From Chara braunii (Eukaryota > Plantae > Charophyceae), in assembly GCA_003427395.1 (NCBI GenBank), contig BFEA01000021.1, positions 5,338,862 to 5,398,813 of the forward strand: 59,952 nt of DNA, written 5' to 3'. Both the position numbers and the translations under genes were made by a program. Below are positions 49,768-59,952 of this stretch, one piece after another; position 1 is the stretch's first letter, and the number at the start of each line of letters is the position of its first letter. The notes under the pieces are model-generated. The model saw nothing but the letters and a program-made list of their open reading frames with translations. It was not told the DNA's origin and searched no databases.

Positions 49768-51110
49768 TCACTGATGCTCTGCTCGGTTGTAATCAACAAG
49801 GAGGGGAGAGGGAGGGGGTCGAGGCCATTCTGGTGGAAGCGGGGGAAAGTAATCAGAGGCTTCGTCACCAAGATCAACGAAATGGACGATTTGGTGAGCG
49901 CGGGGGAATCGATGATTGGATCGGGAGAGGGAAGCGAGGTATTTAGCGTAGAGGGTAGGGATTGTGCGTAGGGTGTTATCACGCAGGGACTCATAATCTT
50001 CCATTGCGGGGAAGGTCCCGAAGATGATGTAATACAACTCCATGTGGTTGTACCGCCTCCATGCAACACTGAAGATAAGGATGCTGAGAGGAAAAGAGGG
50101 AGTGGCATGGGGGTGGACTTCGCAGAGCAAGCGGGCAGCACAGTAACGATAGAAAAGCTGGCTGGCAAAGATGCGGTAATCGAGGCGAAAGTCGATGTGA
50201 GGGAGTGGCGAGAAGGAGAGGTAATCAAGAGGGCGGGGGAATACGGGATGTGGACGGAGCGATCGTGCGGGGAGGAGGACGGGGACGAAGCATGGAGGGG
50301 GCGGAAGAGGAGGAGATGGTGAGCGAGACTGGCGGCGGCGGTGGGAGGATTCTACGCCATTGTGGCGACTAGCCACTTCTTCAGGTAGCTCAGGATTCCG
50401 CGCAGAATCCGCTGGTATGGCTGGGCGTGAACCTGTTGGCGGCACTACTTCGTGTTCCTCCGATGATGGCTTGTTCTCCTCGTCCTCACTTTCTACTTCT
50501 TCTTCATCGTCGTCCTCTTCGGTTGTGGACTCGGCTTCTGCTTCCTCCTCTTCTTCTTGCTCTTGCAAACCTGGGAGCGCTATTGGTTTCGGATCGTCAT
50601 CAGATGGCACCTCCCTGTTATTGCGATGAGCTGTCTAGAAATCTTTCAGATCAGAGTTGTCGGGGGAGATAATGTCCAAGTCCAGAAAGTTCCACTCGGG
50701 TGACTTGGCTGGGTCGTGCTGGGCCAGGAAGTGTCCAACGTCCTCCATGCAGCTACTCCAGATGACCGTCGGTGTCAGCGTCCTCTCCAAGGTCTCTAGC
50801 TTTGTCTGGTTCGGATCACTAGGATTGACGGAGATGATGCTCAAAGGCAGATCATCAACAATTTGCGCCAACAACAACAGGATTTTGTTGCCAATGGTCG
50901 CTCTTCCTCGTTGTGCCACCTCACCAAAGAGGAGTCCCACCAGAAGTCCAACTATATCTGACGGCCACACTTGGGCCAGAAGCAGAGTAATCTCGCCCGG
51001 GAAGACCACCTCCCGATTTTCATAACAGCGCACCCACCGAGAGCAGATAGAAGCTTGTGACCACGAATCCAACCCAATCACGAATATATCGAGGACGAAA
51101 GGGAGGGATG
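49768..51110 (-). pseudogene. accessory ORF of an LTR element (acidic, Pro/Arg-rich), broken into two ORFs
   Basis: ORFs 50635-51081 (LLLLAQIVDDLPLSII) and 49768-50610 (poly-E/D, RRRQSRSPSPP), co-oriented with gag-pol and downstream of integrase. Confidence 0.55.
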
Positions 51111-51999
51111 CCTATTTAATGGATTTCAAGAGAGAGTAGAGGGTTGGCCCAAGATGGCCAGAGAGTTGGAAGATTAGAGGGGAAAGAGAAGGTAGAGAGG
51201 CGATTCATCGGCGAGGAGGGTGGAAAGGATGAAGAGCAGAAAGTGGTGGGGCCGGTGGATCCAAATGGATCACAGCGACAAAGTGTCGATACACTCCATA
51301 CCCACCACCTGATTGCCTGTCCTAGCTAGTTGTTGCCGCCAATCTGTCACCAGTTCACGTCCCCACTCGTAGAGGCTCCGTATTACGTCGTTGCGCCACT
51401 CCGTGCCGATGCTGCACAAAACGGTGCTGAACACGACAATCATTGTCACGTCACCTTGCCCTGGCCGAGAAAAATGCAAAAACATTGATGCTTTCATCCG
51501 GATCACTGCCGAACCACGATCCGTCGAGATCGTCACTTCCACTATTGCATGCCTAGCTTGCCGGCTGAATAACTGCGCGAATTGCAGTAGATCGAGGCCG
51601 AGTTGCGGATGAACCACTTGGCGAAACTGCAGGGACGGTCGAGGTTGAAGAAGTTGAGCTGAGGTGGCCGATTCAAGTGCGAAGCTCATGGCGGTGGCTG
51701 TTAGCGGAGGGTATCAAATGAGGAAGAGGAAGGACGGGAAAGATCTAGGTCTCGATTAGAGAGAGACGAGGAAGATGGAGCGAGAGGATCAGGGGAAGGA
51801 AGAGGACGGAGATAAGAGATATGGCGGACGATAGGGAGGGAGCTATGGCTGCGCCCGTTTTCGGAGCGATGCGCATCGTATCCGCCCCGTTAGGACCAAG
51901 TTCCACTACGTGAAAGTAGCCAGGAAACTTGGGAGCGAGTTTCCAGTGGCGTGCACATTTACGTAGCTATACTAGGTCCCTCAATTTATACCGGATTTG

Positions 52000-54900
52000 A
52001 GGGCCCACATTCCCATTCCTGGCCTCATAAATGCGGGCATGCCAACTGTGGGCCAATTCGGTCATCCTTTGTGTTTTACGGACCAATCTACGGACTGCCT
52101 TTTCCATTAATTCGACGTAGCTTTTGGCCTTAGCCTTAAAGGACACCCGCATGTCCTTTCCCCGTGGCTCGACATTTTCCGAGATATCTCAGTTGACAAC
52201 GCAGGGAATATGGTTGGTCCATAGCTGGAAGCGGGTGAGTCCGGTGGATTCATGAGGTGTGGCCCGGTGAATTCCAATGATTTGGTACACTATTTCGGGT
52301 CAGGGATGAGTGTCATTAACCGGTAGATTCCAATGTAGGGCGGTTTTAATCACGCGGTTTGCATTTTTTGTGAGTCCATTGGACCGGGGGACATGCGGAG
52401 TAGTGTGTCGGAGGGTGACGCCTCTATGTGTCATTAATTCCTTTACTTCAACCTTAAACTTCGACCCATTATCGGTTAAGATTTCTTCTGTATCTAGATG
52501 GGTGTTGAGGAAAATTGATCCATGTAGGTCGCTATTTTCGAGGCTTTACATGTTTTGCACAGATGAACCTGTGTAGCATCGTGTTCGGGTTCGGTGACCG
52601 AACCCGAATGTTCGGGACCAAACGCGAAAGAGCGTCGAAACTCTCCGAACTCAAACATAAAAAAAACAAAAAGTTCTCCAAAAAATCTGAAAAAAATATA
52701 TGTGATGTAAAATAATAATACAAACAACTTTTGCCTTGGAGGTATGCTCAAATTCATAACCAAACTCGAGTTAAAAATCAAAAACCAAAACAAAAAGTTT
52801 TTTTTTTTTTTTTTTTTGAATATGTTCGGCCGAACACGTTCGGGTGGCATTCGGCTGAACACCCGAACATGTTCGGACGTTCGGAAAAGCTCCGAACATG
52901 TTCGGTGTGCTACACAGGGATAAACCTCTATATATTTCAAAAAATGGTCAGCTAAAAACCAGTAAAATCGAATATTCACAACGGTTACTACGGTTAGGGT
53001 CAGGTGACACGTCAATATATGTAATATCCATGTTGACACGTCGGAAGGGGCGTTCTACCTCTGTCGGAACTATAGTGTTTGGCCCGTGGATTGACGCCCG
53101 ATTTCGGTCGATAGTTCTGTTCGTGACATCTTCACGAATATTAGACCAGAACCATCAATTTTCGTCGATAGTTCCTTCTGTGACACGTATCGTGAAGTGA
53201 GCGGCCTCTTCCTCGTGAGCGGATTGGGTGTGGAACCGTCAACCATAATCCCGATCCGTTTGTTTCACGCTTTTCTAGATGGTCATTGATCCATCGATAA
53301 TCCCGAGATCTCTCGGATGCACGACGTTTGTCATGCTTTGTGTGGCCCTCTAGTGATCTGCCAACTAACTTCATTTGTTGGATTTTATCCGTCCAGACTT
53401 CTGCTCGTCGGAATTTTTCATCATACTCGGGTCAGTCAGTTCGAGCGGCTTCAAATCGAGCTTCTGTGGGAAGCTTATGTGTACGACACAAAGGACGCTT
53501 CCATACTTTGCTAACCGTCCGATACCGAATGCATGAGCCATGCACGCGATTGACGCACGTAGCACAATCAACCCAATTGACAAATCCCAACTTCTGGGGA
53601 TAAAAATCCAAGTTGGGAATAAAAATCCACTTCGTAAACTTGCGAAATGCGTGTGCAGAAATAACATAATTTACTTGGAAGATATGAGAAAAATGAAGGG
53701 TCAAGGAGTTGAGAGGGGGTAGGATCATTAGGAAGAGAGGAGGGAGCAGCCATCGCTTCCGAGTGAAGATTCAAACCTTCTGGAGGATCTCCACCTCTGT
53801 GCTTGCTCTTCAATTCTTGATCGTTCCACAAGGTCCCTCCTCACTTGCGGGGACTCTGTTAGGCGGATGTAGACATGTCTGTGAGTCGGCGTTTCCGTGT
53901 TATTCACGCTTCCTGTGGCGAATATCAAATTCCATGTTGTACAACGTGGTGGCCCATCGTCCCATCATACCCAAGTAATCCTTCGACTTCTTCAAAGCCA
54001 GGAGCGGTTCGTGATCCGTGACCAACGTGAACTTCCGGTCGTATAAGTATGCTCAGAAGTGGCTGATGCCCCACAATGCAACAAAGTATTCACCCGTCGG
54101 TGCAGAGTAGTTCCTCTTGCAGGCAGGTATTGTCTTTGAAGCATACTCCACCACGAGTTTGAGTCCATCTGGTCCCATCCGGGCCAGAATCGCCTTGATC
54201 GCCTCAGGATGCTAATCGATGATGAGAATAAAAGGCTTTTCTGGGTCCGACCTCATGAGGATAGGGGCCGAAATCAGAGTCGCCTTTAGTTCTCGAAACG
54301 CTTGATTGCATTGAGGAGTCCAGATCAACGACTGATTTGTTTTTTAGCAAGTTCGTGAGGGGTCCCGCGATTGCCGCAAATCCCTTGATAAACCTTCGAT
54401 AGTACGAAGCCAGTCCTAAGAACGAGCGAACTTGCGTAAGCGACGTGGGGACCAGCGCGTCTCTCATCGCCTATACTTTGTGAGGCTCTGGATGCAAGCC
54501 CTTGTCGGTAACCACGTGTCCCAAAAAGGAGATCTTTGTCAGGAAGAACTGACACTTCTCGAGAGCGACTTTGAGATTTGCGTCTTTTAACGCGTGCAGC
54601 ATCCACTCAATGTGCTAGGTGTGACCCTCGTAGGTGCTTGAGTACACCAGAATATCATCCATGTACACAATCACACATTAGTTAATAATGCTTTGCGCCA
54701 GTTGCGTTTTTCGCACAAATTTTTGGAAAGCCATGTTCATCGCGCGTTGAAACATAGTTGGTGCACTACAAATGCCCATCGGGCATCGAATCCATTGTCG
54801 TGTCCCTTCAAAAGGACGAACGTTGTTTTCAAACGATGTTCCTTTTTGACGAGAAGCTGATGGAAACCATGACGAACATCAAACTTGCTGAAAAAACACG

Positions 54901-55930
54901 CACATCCAAGCGCATCCAACAGTTCATCAATTCGAGGGAGAGGACTATTGAAAATTAAACGATAGCACGATTAAAGATGTTTATCTTTAATCGTGATATC
55001 GTTTAATTTTCGATAGTCAGTGCAGATTTGAATCCCTCCTGTCTTCTTTGGTACAATCACCAATGGGAATGACCGAGGTCCAATCGCGGGCTCGATCCAC
55101 CCTAGAGCTTCAAATTCCTTGACTCGTCGGAACGCGGCAAGCTTATGTGTACGACTTCAACCCTTTACTCTAACCTCATGCCTTGTTTTATCATGAGTCT
55201 CGCGCACAACGCCTAACCGATTTCCATGTTAAAAGGTTATGGGTTGGATACTGAAGAGACTAGGATAATTTTGTTTTTTTTTGTGTGTGTATTTTAATTT
55301 TTAGCGTGGTGTAATGCGTGGTGAGTGGAATGCGTCCTAGTCGACCAACGATGAGTTGTGCTTAGGACCTTAGCCCCCTAATGCGTCGATTCGCGTGCGG
55401 GTTCGATAGCGGGGCATTAACGGCGCGTACCCCTTATGTTATAGCGAGCGAGAAACGCCCTCCGCCGGGCCACCTCTGCGATTGCATATGAAAAGCCTTT
55501 GCATGTGGTTCGGTAGATCGGCGGGGATACGCCCACCCAAGGGATGGTGACAACTCCCGCGGGTGGAGGTAAGTTGTACCTCACGTGGCCCTATCTTGTC
55601 GTAGCGGTTCGCGAGAGGTATGGCTGGCGCACTCGACCGGATCGACAAAACTCTTTGCGACGAGGTCCTGCAAAATCCTGCGTGACGCGGTCGAGAGGGT
55701 CCCCCTGCGGGACCGATGCGCTCGACACCGTTCCACCCATTCAAGTTCATCTTTTGCGGGCGGAATGACTCAAAATTAGTCCTGCCAGGTGGAGATATTC
55801 AGTTGGATCGACGATATCTGCAGCTTCGAATGAAGCCCCACGAGCCGATGCAATCATATCTGATTGCATGGGAGGAAGTGGGGAAGGGGAACCATTCCCT
55901 TCTTCACATGTTCCTTCGAGCATGACAACT
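52000..55930 (-). pseudogene. pol: decayed Ty3/gypsy pol (RT, RNase H, then presumed integrase)
   Basis: FFSKFDVRHGFHQL; VIVYMDDILVYS (54655-54666); VRSFLGLASYYRRFIKGFAAIAGPLTNLL; KRNYSA...KFTLVTDHEPL. Many stops and frameshifts; protease and integrase assigned mainly by position. Confidence 0.9.
52569..52917. mobile_element. hAT-like MITE inserted in pol
   Basis: TIR CTGTGTAGCA...TGCTACACAG, 8-bp flanks AGATGAAC/GGATAAAC (6/8), subterminal CCGAAC/GTTCGG motifs. Confidence 0.8.
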
Positions 55931-55938
55931 ACCTGTCC

Positions 55939-57074
55939 CTAATTAGTGACCACAGGCGCAGCCACAGGAGGATGTTGATTCCTCTTGGGAAGAGGGCAGT
56001 CCCGGACAAAGTGTTCGGGCTGCTTACAATTATAACATTCTACCCTTCCTTGTGGTACGACAGTCCGATGAGCTACAGGGGGAGCAATTGGTGTCTGGAT
56101 TGGAGGGGCAGGCAACAGGGGGTACGAAGGAGGAGACAGACTGGCGCCTCGTACTTTAGCGTGCGTACTCATCAGATCCCACAAAACTTGCTCCAATTAG
56201 TCCATCTGCGACGTCTGAGTGTGGCTCAGATGGTTCATCCATTCCGATTGTCGGGAAGTAGCCGTATGAATCATGTGAGCGAGATGAAGATTGGTGATGG
56301 ATACTGGTGCCGGTGATTGCGGTAAAACTGCGGTTACAAGGTCGTCTTGGAAGGAGGAGGAGAGGAGGGAGGAGAGACGACGAGAGAGGGACCATGGGAG
56401 ACATGACTTGGTGATGGTCCGCATGGGTTTTCATGGTCGTGACGATGGTAAAATCGCCCAATCGATTGGAGCCACGATCTCCGTTTTGCAGCCACATCTT
56501 CTATCGTATCTTCTATGTCCTCCTCACCCTAATTTATATACTTACGCTTATCTTGTGAATCAAGCTCAAGTGCTTTGGCGATGATCGCCAGCAGTTGAGT
56601 CGTTTCGGGAGGGACTTTCTTTTTCAACATTGCCTTTAAGACCAGGTTGCGAAGATGATCTATGAACCAGTCTTCAACAACATTTTCTTCCTGTCCAGAC
56701 TTATCCAGAGCTGTTTGAAATCTGTCCACGAAGTCTGGCAAGAGCTCTCCTGGCTCTTGAGGGCGTGTTTTCAGTACAAACCATGCAGCGTCCTCACTTA
56801 CTTCGTCCAATCTTGCCAAGAAGGCCTTTTTTAGCGTAGCCCAATCTACCCATCTGTGGCGTTTAGACCAATCGTGTGCGGTGTTTCTTACGAGCAAGGT
56901 GATAACTCGAGGTAGGTCAACCACTTTGTAGCCCTGCGCTTCCACTGCTTCGAGCCATGCCTCTGGATGAGTGTGGTTAGGATAAAATGGAAAGGTGGTT
57001 AGAATGCTTACTATTACATGAGGGGCAGACGCATTACTGTTAGCCATAGCTGCTTCCTTTCTTGTCTCTGCCAA
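55939..57074 (-). pseudogene. gag: Ty3/gypsy gag with CCHC zinc knuckle
   Basis: HPEAWLEAVE...AHDW...WATLKKAFLARL...QEPGELLPDFVDRF and CYNCKQPEHFVRDC. Confidence 0.88.
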
Positions 57075-57170
57075 CCTATTTCAGGTGACGACAGGATTTC
57101 TCTTATTCGTTCGAGCGAGTGCTCGTTCTCCCGCCAGCTCGTCTCACTATCACCAAAACCGACACTTGTC

Positions 57171-57183
57171 CGTTCCGATACCA
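57171..57183 (-). promoter_or_regulatory. primer-binding site, tRNA-iMet-like
   Basis: TGGTATCGGAACG on the minus strand immediately inside the LTR (canonical TGGTATCAGAGC). Confidence 0.7.
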
Positions 57184-58546
57184 ACCTCACACCCTGTTTT
57201 GTCTTCCGCTTGGAGTGATAAATTATGCAGAATAAGCCCTGAAAGAACAACAAAATGGGGTGTGCCAATGATTTTTAGAAATATTGAGTGTGGGGCCACA
57301 GACGGAACTGAAAGCCCCCGTGTGATCCCGATTTTAGTGAGAAGGGCCATAGCCGAGCGGGAAAGAAATGGCGCGCGCTACTTTCAAACGTTCGCCAAAA
57401 AGTATCTTTGAACCTCCATGCGGGCTATTCGTCATCTTTTTGAACGGAAAGGGGGGGGTATGCACTTGGGATCTCGTTTTTGAATCCAATCCTAGCGCCG
57501 CTCGTTACAGAGTTCGGAATCCGACTTGGACGGCCTCAACCGAGTCGCTCTTTCCTTGTATTCGTGTCTGCCACGTATCCGGCAATGCAACCCCTTATCC
57601 CCATAACGCTCCGTGTGGCGACAATCGCTACACAGAGTGTTGGGCCGATGAGGCGCCATTGTCGTCCATGGGATGACAATCAATTTGTTAAAGGCAATAA
57701 TAAAGAGTACGGGGAAAAGTGGGTATTGATAATGACAAAACCAGCGTCTACGAATCCCGAGCACCTTGTTTCGGGAGAAAAATAATAGTGCCCGTCGATA
57801 TTGGCGACGACTTCTCGTACGTCCCACCATACGTGTGTGCTTTCCTCTTTATACGAGAACGGTTGTGATGAGGATACAGGAAGTCGACACCCATTCGGAT
57901 CGGGACAATTGGTCCACATGGCATAAGCAAAACTAACCACGCAAGTCCACTCAAGCTGTTATTCAATCAAAAAAGTAAACAGTCGCAATGCCACGTGCTC
58001 ATTGCCTTTCATCCATCATGCAATCCGATCCAAAAAATGTGAGTTTGATCCAATCAAGAAAATAATCATCATTCATTGAGTGAGTGGCAAGCATGCATGC
58101 ACATAATCTCAGCAAAATCTTAGCTCGGTTACCTTAGCAACAACACAATCGATGCATGCATGCAACAAACCTCACATGCACGAACCATCAGATGTTAGGA
58201 GGCATGGAAGGAGGTAGGGTAAGATCAACCTGGTTTACAGGTCCCTCAAATTCAATAACACTCGTTCTTGTAAGGTCCGATTGAATTTGACAGGGATGAG
58301 CGGAATAAAGGGATCATTAGATCTTTCCGGCATCCATGAGGTGAACTGAAGCAAAGAAATGAGAATGAGAGAGAGAGATAACAAGGACGAGATCAAAGCT
58401 TTGACCGAAGAAGGGGACTAAGAAAAAAAGAGAGGGAACTCTGACCATACAAACAAGCTTGAGGGGGACAACAACCGGCTATCTGTCGTGGACTTAGCTT
58501 CCAAAATCGAGAAGAAGAAAAACCGAAAATCAAGGCGCACCGACCT
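57184..58546 (-). mobile_element. 5' LTR (partial; interrupted at 58547)
   Basis: Homologous to 46924-48280 and adjacent to the PBS and gag. Confidence 0.85.
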
Positions 58547-59952
58547 TGTAGCGGACCCACCAGGTGTGGTGCTCCGCTAGTGACAGAGATGGAGATGGAG
58601 GAAGAAGGGGGAGCAAGATGGCACAACGGAGCTCCCCGCGCAAGACTCCAACGCACGTACTCCAAAATGTGCAAGTGAGGAATGAGAATGAAAACAGACA
58701 ATGGCTGGGGTATACCCCAGCGGACTGACGGGACTGGACTGGACTGGCTGGTACTGACAGAGGTACCCGCCTGGACTGGCCTACCCCGAATATAACACAG
58801 GCCTATGAGAACAGGCCAAGGGGCTGGTCTCACAGGCCAACCCGAGGTCCGCTACACGATCCTCGGCCTGTGATGGATCGCCTAGATACAAACATGCTTC
58901 CGCCAAGAAGCGGAACTCTACCAAAGAAAAGAAAACCTGAGTAGTCTAGGATGCGGAGCAAGCTCCATGCTGAGTCTATGCGATGCAACCTAGGATATAA
59001 AATGTCACAAAACAGCAATGTCACAGCTAGCAGCCTAAGTGAAAGTAGGAGCAACTAACTAACATACATGTCCTAGGAAAGCAAAAAGTAGTGACAACTA
59101 GATCCTAGAATGTTGGAGGCACTAGCCTCAGTCCGGTAACAACTGACTAGTGTATAAGTCCTAAGAACAGCAAAAGCATAACAACTAAATCCTAGAAATG
59201 TCGGAGGCAGTAGCCTCAGTCTGAGAGCAACAAAGCAATCAANAAGACAACCATATGTCACATGAGAAGTGTGTCGCACACCAAAGGGTGGGTGGGATGG
59301 TCTCTGAGGGCGGCGAATGCAGCCTAGGGGTCGAAAACTCCTAAGGGCATCCACACATAGTGACAGGGGAAAACACATGTCATCAGGCTCAATGAGGGTA
59401 GGGAACTGGGAGCGAACAAAACCAATGACCCTAACAGCTAGACCATCAGAGCGGGTAATGCTCGACTAAGGGGTGACCGCTATGGAGGGTCGACCATGCA
59501 AGGGAACAAGGGAGCCTGGTATACTGGGCGCACCTAGATGAAGCATGCGGGGCTGCCTAACTAGGGCGTGAGGGCCGGCGAAGGGTAGAAAGATGATGGG
59601 TAAGGGAATCATGCAAATGACTCCTGAAGTGAGGGAAGTCGAAGCTAGATCCGTAAGATGGGAAGCTAGGGCAACGCTACGGTCCCGATGCCTATGCGTA
59701 TACCAAGGGAGAGCCCAACTCAGAGGAACCCGACTAAAGGGAGACCATCATGCGACACAAGCAGGGTACTGTACAGGGTAGAGTGGTAAGAGAGTGGCGA
59801 CGTCTGAAGTAGGCAGAGCTGATCGTGATGAAGTCCATGAAGCCGCCGATGACGTCCACGACGAGAAGTCCGGAATGCCGTCGAGGAAGAGCCGCAGCGT
59901 CGACGAGCTGAAGTAGCAAAACTGATGTGGATGGAGTACTGAGAAGTCAAAG
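58547..59952. mobile_element. nested element beginning with a 310-bp LTR-like unit (58547-58856); continues beyond the window
   Basis: TGTAGCGGACC...GGTCCGCTACA perfect 11-bp inverted ends. Host LTR homology stops exactly at 58546 and does not resume. Confidence 0.65.

Overview
Repeat-saturated eukaryotic DNA with no recognisable intact host gene. The gag and accessory-ORF sequences resemble those I recall from a charophyte alga such as Chara; this is inference, not a database result. From left to right: an ~80-bp satellite; a Helitron-like 3' end next to a 3-kb (TAGAG)n minisatellite; several MITEs; Ty3/gypsy gag and protease relics; tRNA-derived relics; a ~3-kb solo LTR carrying a short non-LTR insertion; two decayed L1/Tx1-type LINEs on the minus strand; and a decayed minus-strand Ty3/gypsy element with long LTRs and an extra ORF. 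Two things stand out. (1) A family of TTAA-targeting DNA elements with atypical ACCACCAGTA termini. One is a 151-bp MITE; another is a 7.8-kb member (32214-40005) that interrupts a LINE ORF2 precisely. It has no transposase I can recognise, but carries a hairpin-rich segment, decayed ORFs and an intact orphan 227-aa ORF. (2) A covarying stem/internal-loop RNA motif and a terminal double stem-loop shared by LINE 3' UTRs. There are three N gaps and three gap-associated duplications that are probably assembly artefacts.
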